A stretch of DNA of 63,942 nucleotides, the filler included, from Lenisia limosa (taxonomy: Eukaryota; Protista; Breviatea), in the NCBI GenBank assembly GCA_001655205.1. It is 11 parts of 11 records of this genome, joined end to end, with 100 filler letters (N's around TTAATTAATTAA, not from the genome) between each part and the next. Parts side by side here need not be neighbours in the genome. Positions count along the whole stretch, not along the records: positions 1 to 6,275 come from LPNZ01010190.1; positions 6,376 to 8,111 come from LPNZ01005909.1; positions 8,212 to 11,317 come from LPNZ01003295.1; 8 more parts are not named here. One strand, 5' to 3'. A program made the position numbers and the translations under genes. Numbering within the stretch: position 1 is the stretch's first letter; each line of letters starts with the position of its first letter. This document shows, piece after piece, positions 1-11,417 of this stretch. A model generated the notes under the pieces. The model ran no database searches and was not told the DNA's origin. It saw nothing but the letters and a program-made list of their open reading frames with translations.

Positions 1-2
1 CA

Positions 3-2067
3 TCATCACCATTTAACAAAGCAGTCGACAAAACCGCCCGCCTGTCCATTTACGACGGAAACAACTGGACTTATGAGGGTGCTCAGCCCTGCCAGTCCTA
101 CAACTTGGGCATGAGGAATACCGGCACGTGCATATCATTGGCTAAGGTTGGATGAAGCTTCATTTTCGGCCCCAAAATCCTTGGCAAATATTCGATAGAT
201 ATCTACATGTCTTTTTGTAGGCTCTACAGAATATGTATTATTTTGCCCAGAAGCTGTATAATTTTGTTGTACCAGCTATTTCCTTGTTCCTTTCTTATTT
301 TTCTCTTTACCGAGGGGGCATTATTTGTATCTTTCTTCCTCAATCGATTGATTCATTTACATTCTTGTTCTTAAAAATAGATGATTTTGGGTCACTGAGG
401 GTAACAGTAACAAAGATGATTTTGGGTCACTGGGGGTAGCAGTAACAAAGATGATTTTGGGTCACTGGGGGTAATAGTAACAAAGATGATTTTGGGTAAA
501 TGGGTTAGGGCGACTGTGTGTGCTTGGTTTTAAACCCTCGTTTGTTTCTAGCCAACAGAGTTGATTTTGGATTTTTCTGCCATTTTCTTTCATTCCTTTT
601 TTGAATTTTCCCTTTTCACCCCTCCATCTGCAGCAAGGCTCTTCCCTCCTTGTTGGTACTCTAGATGGTCGAATTCTGAAGTTTGATTCCCAAAGCAGCT
701 CCCCCATTTTCGAGGTTCCTGCCCATTCCAATGTAAGCCATCATCATCAAAATAATAATGGTTACGGTCATCGTCATACATATATCATATGATATACACA
801 TGCCCATTCCAATGTGCCCCAGTATTATTAATAATCATGATAATAGGAGTTGAAAACTTTATAATTTAACGAGAACTGCATTCCATACACTTTATTATCA
901 AATTGAATCAATCCATTTCTTCGTTAAATTAGTTTCAAGTTGTTCTGTAACAAAACGCAGATCTCTATCTATGAGACGATAATATCACTGCAGTTTTTGA
1001 CTGATTATAACAGCCCTGCAGGTTTGATTATAACAACCTTGTAAGTGTGATGATACTAACACTTTTGACCGATTATAATAATCACTCTAGGTGTTAACTG
1101 GAATCTCAGTGTACGGTGACTTCATTGCCACCTGCTCTCATGACAAAACTATTGCTGTAAGGGGGGGACTATTAACTGGGGTGAATTGTTTCTGATATAT
1201 TGGGAGGATTACTGGATGTTTCCTTTATTGTCGATGCATTTCTATAAATGCAATGATTTAGCGCATTAACAGCGTTTTCTCATTTGCCAATTCACGGATT
1301 TAGCTTTGGAACACATTGGACATGTCCGAGCCAGTCAAGCGCATCCTTGTTGACGGATCTGTGGTCAAAAAAGTGGGGACAGGGGTTACTATATGGGAAA
1401 TTATACTGGGGTTGATTGAGTGAACAGGTGAGTGGGGGGTTGATATTCTGGAGAGTGGGGTACGCAGTTAGCCTTGATTCTTTCAGCACCCCAATTTCGA
1501 CGTTCTTTTGTCAATATTACCCACATTCTAATGGGATCTGCTAGGACAAGGTTTAACCTATGGTACTTTTGAAATCTTGGGAGATTGGAATGTGGAAGGT
1601 TTCGATTCCTTCAAAAAACAGTTATAGGCTACTGGCCTGGGTTGTTTGTTTATTTCCAAAGGTCCACTTGAACCCTAGCAACCCAGCCTTCTTCTTCGCT
1701 GTAACGGACCGTCGGCTTGCCTATGTCAACGCCTCCGGGGACGACAGTGCGAGGGGTGGTGGCGGTATTATTATATGATTGGGTGAATTAATACTCTTAT
1801 TAGCATGTTGTGAAAGGCTTCAGCCAGATACAAACCTTGTTTTTTTATTTCTCATTGTTATATTGGAAGACGAGGAACCTTTTTTTGTTTCATAAATTTT
1901 CCAATTACACCTCTCCCCATTCATTTCATAATTCCCCTTTTCTCACCATCCCAGTCTCCTTCCAGACGCTGGGCGTGAGTCGAATATCCGACTGCCATCT
2001 TGTCCATAACCAGGTCCTGTCCTGTCGAAAGGACGGAGGCATCGATATCATTGAGTTGCTTGAGTAG
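3..2067 (+). CDS. WD40-repeat protein, 3' part (multi-exon, 5' truncated)
   Basis: GT-AG exons ~3-146, 634-732, 1091-1156, 1662-1755, 1955-2067 give ...SLLVGTLDGRILKFD...EVPAHSN|VLTGISVYGDFIATCSHDKTIA...CRKDGGIDIIELLE*; H-x-ATCSHDKT is WD40-like. Confidence 0.72.
379..497. repeat. 35-bp tandem repeat x3.5 (intronic)
   Basis: AGATGATTTTGGGTCACTGGGGGTAACAGTAACAA; period 35 (G at 380, 415, 450, 485). Confidence 0.9.
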
Positions 2068-2213
2068 AGGGTTTCATGTCGTTTCTAAATCTAATGTAAT
2101 TGAGGGTTTCATGTCGTTTCTAATCTAATATATTTGTTTCTTAACTTAGGGATGTGGAGTTATGGTTGATGCATAAACGAAATCATACTAGCTTGTAAAC
2201 TCCCATGATAGAA

Positions 2214-2642
2214 TAAGGCTTCATTACGGCACAACTTGGGATCCCCATGGAGTATTTGGGCATCCCAAAAAGTTCCAATGTAAATAATGCGATAACCTTT
2301 CCATAAAAATCCATGTCAATGCGCCGTAGTGTTCTGAACGTTTGATTCAAATGAGCCTTCCAACTAAGCTACAATTATTGCCACATTTTTTTTTTTTTTT
2401 CGATTGTACAGGGTCCTACAAATATTGATGCTCAGTTCCCTCCATTAACCTCGAAGACTCAGTGCTGCCCAAGTGGCAAAACACTCTATTAAAATAGTGT
2501 TTTGGGAGTGCTTCACTACGGCGCATCGATTTGGGAATCCCATATAATTCTTCGTCCATAAAATTTCATGGGATTCCCCTGTAAAATCTATGAATTCCAA
2601 CGTTTTCACAAGAATCCCAAATCGATGAGCCGTAGTGTTCTA
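2214..2642. mobile_element. Two copies of MITE family A, type III (2214-2337, 2506-2642)
   Basis: Ends GCTTCACTACGGCGCATCG...CGATGAGCCGTAGTGTTCTA; different internal sequence. Confidence 0.65.
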
Positions 2643-2764
2643 CGATCCAACTGTCTCATCGAATGAGGGGATCTCTGTTTTTTTTTTAAAAAAAATCAGA
2701 AATACTAGAGGATGGTGCAACGGGTGGGGAGGGGGGTCCTTCCTGCGGTGAAATCAGAATTATA

Positions 2765-5700
2765 TCAGAACTTAGGGGTGCCATCACCTCCTTCCTCCAC
2801 GCACAGACTTCTCTCCTCCTAAAAGATGAAGCCATAATGGAAACTGAATATCACAAAACCCAAGGAAATTGTCATATCACGGAATTGAATCTTAAGACCT
2901 CTGCGATTACGATACCACCCTCCATGCATAAACACAACAATCTGTACCAGCATACTATTAGGGCTTTCCTACGGCCCCCAAAAAGACTGAATTTATCGAT
3001 ATTTTAAAGGTCATTTCCGGACCGTAGGGACTACAGACCCTATTTATTTATACAATGCTATACCCCCCACGATTGGTGTCTTCGAGAACCTCTTGCCTAT
3101 ATAACGTGAGAAGATGAGAATGAGGCACATTCCTCGATACACCCATGCTAGCTATATGATGATTATACATGATTATAGTTTAACTTTATATCCCCACACA
3201 CATNNNNNNNNNNNNNNNNNNNNNNNNNNNNNNNNNNNNNNNNNNNNNNNNNNNNNNNNNNNNNNNNNNNNNNNNNNNNNNNNNNNNNNNNNNNNNNNNN
3301 NNNNNNNNNNNNNNNNNNNNNNNNNNNNNNNNNNNNNNNNNNNNNNNTCTGAATTCGTTAAAAGCTGTCAAGAAAGGGTATTTCATGGGGGCTTTGTCAA
3401 ACAATTCTGCCCTGAAGCCTAATGAGAGATTATTATTACTCCCTGGAATTAATTGAAAAGTTCATTTCAAATTTTAAAGTGAAACTTATTGTAACCATAG
3501 TACTAATATCATACATGTATATGATGATTATATGATGATTATATGAACAGTTACAAACATATGATGATTATACAATTACAAAAATATGATGATTATACAA
3601 ATACAAAAATATGATGATTATACAATTACAAAAATATGATGATTATATGATTACAAAAATATGATGATTATACAATTATTACAAAAATATGATGATTATA
3701 CACCTACAAACACCTTGAGGAGATGTTGAAAACCAGGCAATTGCATTGCCCATGTCCACTCCTCTAATGCCTCCCCCCCCTCCCCCAACCCTTAGCTGGA
3801 AGGTCGAAAGGCATGGGTGTTTCATCAGGAGTGCTGATAAACTGTATCGTCGCCAAGGCTGGGTCACTCTGATGGGGGGGGGGGNNNNNNNNNNNNNNNN
3901 NNNNNNNNNNNNNNNNNNNNNNNNNNNNNNNNNNNNNNNNNNNNNNNNNNNNNNNNNNNNNNNNNNNNNNNNNNNNNNNNNNNNNNNNNNNNNNNNNNNN
4001 NNNNNNNNNNNNNNNNNNNNNNNNNNNNNNNNNNNNNNNNNNNNNNNNNNNNNNNNNNNNNNNNNNNNNNNNNNNNNCCTCCAGGTAGCTTGGGGTCGAT
4101 ATACGTCCATTCTTCACTGCTCTCCTTCTGGTGCTGATACTCCCATGACTTCTCTCTTCTCTGTTGGAACATTTTGACCTGCTCCTCCCTCCGAGTGGTC
4201 ATCTAAACACAGTAAATAGTGGGTGGAAATGAGAAACAAAACAAGGAACGCAGTATCAAGCTGAAACAAGGAACACAGTATCAAGTATCAAACTGAAACA
4301 AGGAACGCAAAGCTGAAGCTGGCTCGTGATTTATTTATGACATCCCTATTTCCCAAGATTTATTATATTTCTTGTCAAAAAGAAACCGGCTCACAACACC
4401 ACCTTACATTTAATTCACACACAATAACTAGGAATCTATGCAATGCCAAAAGATATTAGCTTCCCTTTTGTCTCCAAAAAATATAAAATAATCGATATAT
4501 TCGTGATATGTCACTCCCATGTCCTTGGGAACGATATAGGTCACTCCCATGTCCTTGAGAACGATATATGTAGGTCACTCCCATGTCCTTGGGAACGATA
4601 TGGAACGATATAGGTCACTCCCATGTCCTTAGGAACGATACAGCAAAACACAAATTATCAACAATAGAGGTGCCCCTCCCCCCACAGCCATTGGGGCAGA
4701 TTTGAGTGCGTCTTCTTCTTGCTTCTGGGCAGCCTCACGCGCTTCTTCAACTTCCTAATATAGTAAGTAGCAGTTGCTTAATATGGTAGTGCTAATTGCA
4801 ATTCACTCTACTACCTAGGTTATAATGTTAAAAAAAAAAGTTAAAGCACCATAGATGTGATCTCAAATCCCTCCTCACCAGTGATTGTGTGCAAAGCAGT
4901 CTCCTTCACAAAACACCTGCTCACCCACTCCATTGAACATTTCAACTCATCCTGGTGTCAGAGATCTAACAGATCCTTTCACCCCCCCTCCTCTCCTGTT
5001 TACACCCCCCCCCCTTCTTCAACTATATATACATTTGCCTAATATTGAGGGCCAATTTCAATTAATTCACTAAATTACAATTATGTTCAAAACTAGGTTG
5101 AAGTGCAATGGATGACTGTGTTTTTGTGCAAAACATCTACTCCGCCCCCGCCCCCCTCCTGCTCTCTATATATTTACGTGTTTAGTACCTTACGCCAATA
5201 TTCTTCATCGAGATTCCCTTCGTTTTACCCCTCCACCCTCCCCTCACATTGGCAGTTGGATAGGCCGCTTTAGCCCGCTCATCGTAGTCGTCGACATGCT
5301 GGAACGAAGGCCGCATTTGGAGGTAGTTTTGAAGGGGCACGAGGTGCACCGCTCCTGAATAGTTATTTTTTTTAACGAATTAAAAAAAAAAAAAACATTT
5401 ACTGAAATCCTGGAATACAAGAAAAACACTTAAATTCGTTAATTACAAAAAAATTTTTGCGACTGATTAACTATTAGAAATGCACATTTAAGAATATATT
5501 TCAGAAATACATTCTTAAATGTGAATTACACAAGGAGCGGAGACATAACATAATAAGAATAAAAAGGTGGTTCCCGGGGATGCTGATCCAGAGCCCCGTT
5601 TCATTCCCGTCCTTCTTGTGAACCAAATAGAAAAAGGAGACGAATTTTTGGGAAAACCAGAACCGGTTTGTTCCCAGGCAAAACACAGATTAATTTCTTA

Positions 5701-6216
5701 TTGCTTTTCTTCTTTTTCGACTACATTCGAATCGCCTCTGTAGACCCCCCCCCCCCNNNNNNNNNNNNNNNNNNNNNNNNNNNNNNNNNNNNNNNNNNNN
5801 NNNNNNNNNNNNNNNNNNNNNNNNNNNNNNNNNNNNNNNNNNNNNNNNNNNNNNNNNNNNNNNNNNNNNNNNNNNNNNNNNNNNNNNNNNNNNNNNNNNN
5901 TTATAATGTTCCCCCCGTCACTGGTTCGTAACCAGGGCTTCACTTCGATTCGAAACAGACCGTTTAAATATCGATAGTTTTCGAGGATTTATAGAGAAAT
6001 TCAGTCTTTTTTCTCACCGAAATGAAGCCAGATTCGTAACTGTTTGATTCTTTGCTCATGTATTCTCTCTTTTGAATACTACTTCCCCCCAACCAACCAT
6101 TTGAAATCACGGCCACTGTATGGTTGGCGGGAATGGGGTTCTTGGACGACGTGAGTACGCAATGCGGCTGCGCGTAGGCGTGGTTCGGATCCATTTGGAC
6201 GCGGCTCGTGTTGAAC
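2765..6216 (-). CDS. POLR3E: RNA polymerase III subunit RPC5 (Rpc37/Sin-like), 5' truncated
   Basis: Exons 6216-6098, 5354-5248, 4754-4686, 4202-~4079 splice in frame to CVLTSSKNPIPANHTVAVISNGAVHLVPLQNYLQMRPSFQHVD...RREKSWEYQHQKESSEEW, matching the recalled RPC5 motifs GELHLTPLxxILQLRPSF and QSYEFL...EEPW; downstream exons (~3870-3790, 3755-3705, 3420-3349, 3150-3065, 2819-2765) are less certain. Confidence 0.82.
2959..3033. mobile_element. MITE family A, type II
   Basis: TAGGGCTTTCCTACGGCCCC + family core AAAAAGACTGAATTTATCGAT + GGACCGTAGGGACTA. Confidence 0.75.
3571..3700. repeat. 25-bp tandem repeat x~5
   Basis: ATGATGATTATACAATTACAAAAAT units. Confidence 0.9.
4505..4640. repeat. ~30-bp tandem repeat x4
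   Basis: GATATAGGTCACTCCCATGTCCTTGGGAAC units. Confidence 0.9.
5935..6029. mobile_element. MITE family A (POLR3E intron)
   Basis: GGGCTTCACTTCG...core GAGAAATTCAGTCTTTTT...CCGAAATGAAGCC. Confidence 0.8.
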
Positions 6217-6228
6217 CTGGAATGTGAC

Positions 6229-6275
6229 TAGGACTTCACTTCTGTTCAAAAAAAGACTGAATTTCTCGATAAATC
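6229..6275. mobile_element. MITE family A, left half truncated at contig end
   Basis: TAGGACTTCACTTCTGTTCAAAAAAAGACTGAATTTCTCGATAAATC. Confidence 0.75.
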
Positions 6276-6375
6276 NNNNNNNNNNNNNNNNNNNNNNNNN
6301 NNNNNNNNNNNNNNNNNNNTTAATTAATTAANNNNNNNNNNNNNNNNNNNNNNNNNNNNNNNNNNNNNNNNNNNN
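6276..6375. other. Artificial contig-join spacer
   Basis: 44 N + TTAATTAATTAA (6320-6331; stops in all six frames) + 44 N; identical 100-nt unit recurs ten times. Confidence 0.97.
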
Positions 6376-6477
6376 AGGCAGTTGACAAATGTAGAGTTAA
6401 TTATATGTTTGTTTTAACTTAATACTATATGGGTGGGTTTCGTGCAAGTTTCGTGGTGAAGGAAAATTGTGGTTATT

Positions 6478-8010
6478 TTAGTGGTGAAGTCTGGAGTATG
6501 GTGAAGTACAATATTCCAGGAGAGAAGGCCCCTTGCTTGTAGCAACCTTCTGGATATTATTGTATCTCGCAGGTATATAGTGCTCGGTGTATGTGTAAGC
6601 ATACTCGGAAACAAAATCAGCATATTGTACATTGTAGAAACAGAAATCAGGACGTTAAAACAGATAAATTGCCATCTTCGGCACCAATAAATATAGAGGC
6701 AGCAGCGGGATAGGTCGCCACACTGGTCAATGTAGTGGCCCTGAGCCTTGACGATCGATATTGTGGAGCTGTCATCTTCATAGGTCCCTTGGAGAGATAA
6801 AGACAATACTTACACGGTAAATACAAATGTCATCGTATCAGTTTTGGATAAGATAAACTTGGACCAAAGTAAAGCCCAAGTTATCCGCAGAAAACTGTGC
6901 TTAGAATACTGTTTTCAAGAAAAAACATGTGGCTATCTTATCTGGTGGCTATCGGGGTTCGACTCACCTCACAAAACGGGGTTACATAAAGACCTGAACC
7001 CGCGGCAGTCACTAACGTGTCGTTTGACATTTGCATGGACATAATAATATCCTGGTAAACTGCATGTGCCTGGATAATATTAGGAAAAGAAGGGATTATG
7101 TCAGAAAAGAATAAAATTAAAATACCCTCGTTTGAGGCTTACAATCGGAGTGAGAGGCTGCAGTGGGTTCCAAAATGTTACGGTCTTAGCGCTAGAAGTA
7201 GCAACCAGGTTGTTGAACGAAACAACCTGGAAGGTGATAAGAGAACTATACAAATTCGAAATCTAACTTCCGATACTGCGGATCCGGATGCCCTCCATGA
7301 AGAAAGGAGTGAGTGCGTGCGTAAATCGAGAACTGATGTCAGTCCAGTACTACTCCCCACCTAAGATAGTTAAAACAAGCGTTCTACATGCACTGAGAAA
7401 ATCATTTACATAAACCAACAATCAGTGACGTATCTTTGGAGAGACATAACGATCTCACAGTACCCTAAAAAAAAGTCAAAATCATCAGGTGGAACTTTGT
7501 AGGGTGGAAATATGGAACAGTCTAATTTTTATCCGAATACCTTAACAAAATCACGTGGGGAAAAAATATGAATAAATGATATGGATAGCCCATTTTTGTA
7601 TTATGGATCCCACAAACCGTGGGGACAATTGTGGTTTTAGAAGGCCTCATCCCTCCCCGAAATTCAGACAGGGCAGAAGGGAAAGGCTTGATCGTAGAAA
7701 CAGTTGACTTTGGGGAGCGACAGTCAAGAATGGATACTGTGCCGTCACCCTTTCCAGTGTAGATCAAGTTTGTTGAGAACTAAAAATGTGAGTTCCTCAT
7801 GTGCAAAAATGAAGATTAAAGAAAAGCAACTGTGGAGGGGGGGGGGGGTCCCAAAANNNNNNNNNNNNNNNNNNNNNNNNNNNNNNNNNNNNNNNNNNNN
7901 NNNNNNNNNNNNNNNNNNNNNNNNNNNNNNNNNNNNNNNNNTGACGTGACTCCAGGAATATCAAAGGTACGAATAGTGTCCATGTTCGAAGGGTCCCTGT
8001 GCACCATTAA
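6478..8010 (-). CDS. WD40-repeat protein (multi-exon, partial)
   Basis: Exons encode IYTGKGDGTVSILDCRSPK, VGSSTGLTSVLDLRTHSLLSSW, LVATSSAKTVTFW and TSVATYPAAASIFIGAEDGNLSV: repeated beta-propeller blade motifs with GT-AG ends. Confidence 0.65.
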
Positions 8011-8111
8011 GTACTCAATTCAAAAATTAATGTACATATAAATCATCAATCATATATATGCTCCCGAACAAAAACTGTGACGGTTTTGAAAAACTGTGAC
8101 GGTTATGAAAT

Positions 8112-8211
8112 NNNNNNNNNNNNNNNNNNNNNNNNNNNNNNNNNNNNNNNNNNNNTTAATTAATTAANNNNNNNNNNNNNNNNNNNNNNNNNNNNNNNNN
8201 NNNNNNNNNNN
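8112..8211. other. Artificial contig-join spacer
   Basis: 44N-TTAATTAATTAA-44N. Confidence 0.97.
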
Positions 8212-9122
8212 TGAGGACAAAATGCGTCCATGTATTACGAGCTGAAACGAATTAAAATATAATTTGATTGTGTTGCAGGAAAATAAGAAAATTCCACCAA
8301 TATTGAAGAATAATAAGATAGTATGTAGATATGAAGGATTTTATTTTTACTCACCTGAAAAAAAGACAGAATATACGTATGATAAGTATTATTTAAATTA
8401 CAAGGGCTCCGTGCAATTAGTTGATGAATTAATTTCAAATGCAAAGTCGGACATATCATAACGACAACCCTATTCAAGACATTTATATTTCTCAAATTAT
8501 CAATAAATAAAGTACTCAAAAAACTAATTGCACAAAGCCCCAACAATTACCCATTCTTGAAAAAGACAAAAAAAATCAAGGCAAGTATTATCAATAACCC
8601 ATGTTAAAATGTTCGGCGTATCACTAAAACCGAAAAAAGACTGAATTTTTTCACTACTCCTGAGGTTGTATCTGGTCAAAGCTGTCCACACTATCACGTT
8701 TATAAGAGATATTTGGTTCGCCCAATACACAGCTTTCCCCGTCCCTCCCCCGAATAGGATTGGAACCCACTTCCAGAATTGAGAATTTAGTGAGAAATTC
8801 AGTCTTTATATAAACCGAAATGAAGCCCTATATATGTAATATCAGAAATAAATGAAAAAAAGACACTTTGATCGGACACTTTGATCGGTTACATGAAACC
8901 AGGCTTACGCAGGACACTCGATGACAGAAACGTTTTCTGAACGCCGTCGATATAAGTCCGAATGTAGTTGACTGAAAATTGCTGAAATCAAATGAGAAGA
9001 ACAGGAATTCCCTTCAGTCCTTAAAAAAGCCTGCGTGTTTTTTAGATAAATCTTAGATTTAAATTTATCGCGGATGAATCGATATTTATCGAGTACTCAG
9101 TCGATTTTGGAGCGAAAATTAG

Positions 9123-9325
9123 GACTGAAAGACCCTAATCACCCAACCCACATAATAGACCAGAATGCGGTTGGTACCAGTTTCCCCAAGAAATCCAAAA
9201 GTGATCCTATAGTCCGCATGGCCAAGAGCGTCACTGTAGAAGAAAGTCTGCAAATGTTAGAATTTTCCTACAACAAAGCCCCGAGTTTTTCCTGGGAGTG
9301 GTTTTCTGCTGGAGATTTCTGTTGA
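9123..9325 (+). CDS. Probable terminal exon of a hypothetical protein
   Basis: AG acceptor at ~9122, then LKDPNHPTHIIDQ...FSWEWFSAGDFC*; GC higher than flanks; no family recognised. Confidence 0.35.
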
Positions 9326-9989
9326 GGAAAACTCCGAGTAACAAAAGGAAGACAACCACGTAAAAAAAAAACGAGGGGGAATTCGAATAAAAAAAACACT
9401 TGAGTCGGGATTTTTTTCACTTTTCCTGTATACTTCCCGGAAAAATACAATAATTTTCTGAAAAAAGTTTTTTCCAAAGCTACTGTAGGTTGGGGCCCTA
9501 CCCATCCTACCACTCTAACTTCAATAAAGGCTTCTAAGCCAATTTTTTAATTCAAAATATTGTTAAGCAAAGGCATAAAAATATGTATCATTATAAAAAT
9601 TCTAAACTTATGAAATACATGTTAAAAATGCTTATCATACCAAAACATGAACCTGTTTTTCAAGCAAGGAGTAGAACATGTCGACAAATGTTCAAGCAAG
9701 GAGTAGAACGTGTCGACAAATGTTTTTTTTTTTTTCATAAGAAATATCAGGCACGTGACTAACCTCAAGAGCATAGCCGCCGGAGGCCGAGGGGGCAAAG
9801 TCAAATGGCTTGGACTGGCCGCTTTGGCCGCTGAAACCGCCATATAATCCCCCCTGAATAAAGTAAAGTGTTTTGCAGTAAAGTCTCCATTGAAACTATG
9901 AGATCATAGAGATCCAGCAGTTGACTACACGAAAAAACCCAAGTTGCTATACATCTAAAACCCAAAAACCCCCAGCTAAGTGTTAGGTA

Positions 9990-10058
9990 TAGGGCTTCAC
10001 ATCGGTTTCGAGGATTTATCGATAATTTCAGTCTTTTTCGAATCGAAGTGAAGCCCTA
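9990..10058. mobile_element. MITE family A, internally deleted
   Basis: TAGGGCTTCAC...GTGAAGCCCTA with shortened core. Confidence 0.8.
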
Positions 10059-10187
10059 GGTATAAAGAGAACTATGCTTTTTGAAGATTTGATTAGAACT
10101 CCATTTCAGACAATTATATTATGAATTAATTTCTCAAAAAAAAAATAACAAGACTGAAACCAAAGCCACATATTTGTATTGCAATCA

Positions 10188-10305
10188 CCCACACCACCAC
10201 CACCATCATCATCATCACCTTTTCATCACCATCATTATATTCACCATCATCACCATCATCATCATCATCGTAAGACCATTATCATCATCATCAACACCAG
10301 CATCA
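10188..10305. repeat. (CAT/CAC)n microsatellite
   Basis: Imperfect trinucleotide run. Confidence 0.85.
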
Positions 10306-10673
10306 ACCCCCACATGTGTCAATGGCGATGAAACCGAGCGTTCGGCACCACATCTTCCAGCCGCTCTGCTACACGCCTAAAACATGGTGAATATGATGTG
10401 AGGGAATTTGATCAATCTCAAGGGTTCAATTTGATTCTGACCAAATGGGCAAACTTGTCGAAAATATCACAACAAAATCCCACTCTCCCTCTTACAATGA
10501 CAACAAAATCACAGTTTTCGAATGGGAAATTCACATCCAAAATGTCTTCTACAGAGAATTAACAATCATAAAGAGAAAAAACTGATCCAATAAAAAAAGT
10601 AAGGGAGTATCTGACAGATGTCATCCACACCATCAAGCTTATACGAGATTTGATAAGTGATATCCAACAGAAG

Positions 10674-10765
10674 TAAGGCTTCACGGTGATCCCGAAAATA
10701 ACTGAATTTTCCATAAATCATCGATATATTTCGATAGTTGACATATCTTTCCGTGCTGAAGCGAT
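10674..10765. mobile_element. MITE family A, degenerate
   Basis: TAAGGCTTCAC...ACTGAATTTTCCATAAATCATCGATAT...TGAAGC. Confidence 0.6.
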
Positions 10766-11317
10766 GCCATACACATAATATATAGTAGTATATCAAAAAA
10801 AATACATATTAATACGTACTACCTATAATTCAAGCAGCCACCCAAATTGCTGAAACTACGATTCAATAAGCCAATCTTACCAGTAACACCGTCAAGCTCT
10901 ACCAGAGTCTCTGTTCCTCTTTTTTGAATGTTGCGAACCTATATTTGTAAATGGTAATCGACGTTCCCCCAAGAATAAAGGGTATTTCCTTTGTTTGTTT
11001 GGAAGAGAGAGGGAGAGGGTCAACTAGATAATCACCTACCTAGATAAGCATTTTATAATTATCAAAGAAGGTTCCTACCAGCACGCAGATAATCCATGAA
11101 TTACATGTTAAAAATAAAGAAGCTTTACAACCAAAACAAAGATAATCGTCTCGTTATATTTCATGAAATAGAGATCAAAGAAAACAAAGTTTCCCAAAAC
11201 ACTTAGATAATCATTATAAATTAAAGCAAAAAGAAAGCTACCCAACCAACACTAAGATAATCATCAGCTGTGCGGGGAAGGGACGAAATATCGACTTTGA
11301 AGTGGAATCGCCCGAAG

Positions 11318-11417
11318 NNNNNNNNNNNNNNNNNNNNNNNNNNNNNNNNNNNNNNNNNNNNTTAATTAATTAANNNNNNNNNNNNNNNNNNNNNNNNNNN
11401 NNNNNNNNNNNNNNNNN
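11318..11417. other. Artificial contig-join spacer
   Basis: 44N-TTAATTAATTAA-44N. Confidence 0.97.

Noticed and set aside
379-497. CRISPR-like arrays (also 4505-4640, 22657-22790)
   Set aside because: Head-to-tail tandem units without unique spacers, inside eukaryotic introns, and no cas genes.
6320-6331. TTAATTAATTAA as a biological motif or piggyBac-like site
   Set aside because: Always centred in exactly 44+44 N; it is an assembly linker.
10174-10380. Poly-His ORF, and the Val/Asp-rich ORFs at 63536-63792
   Set aside because: Translations of trinucleotide microsatellites; no independent coding evidence.
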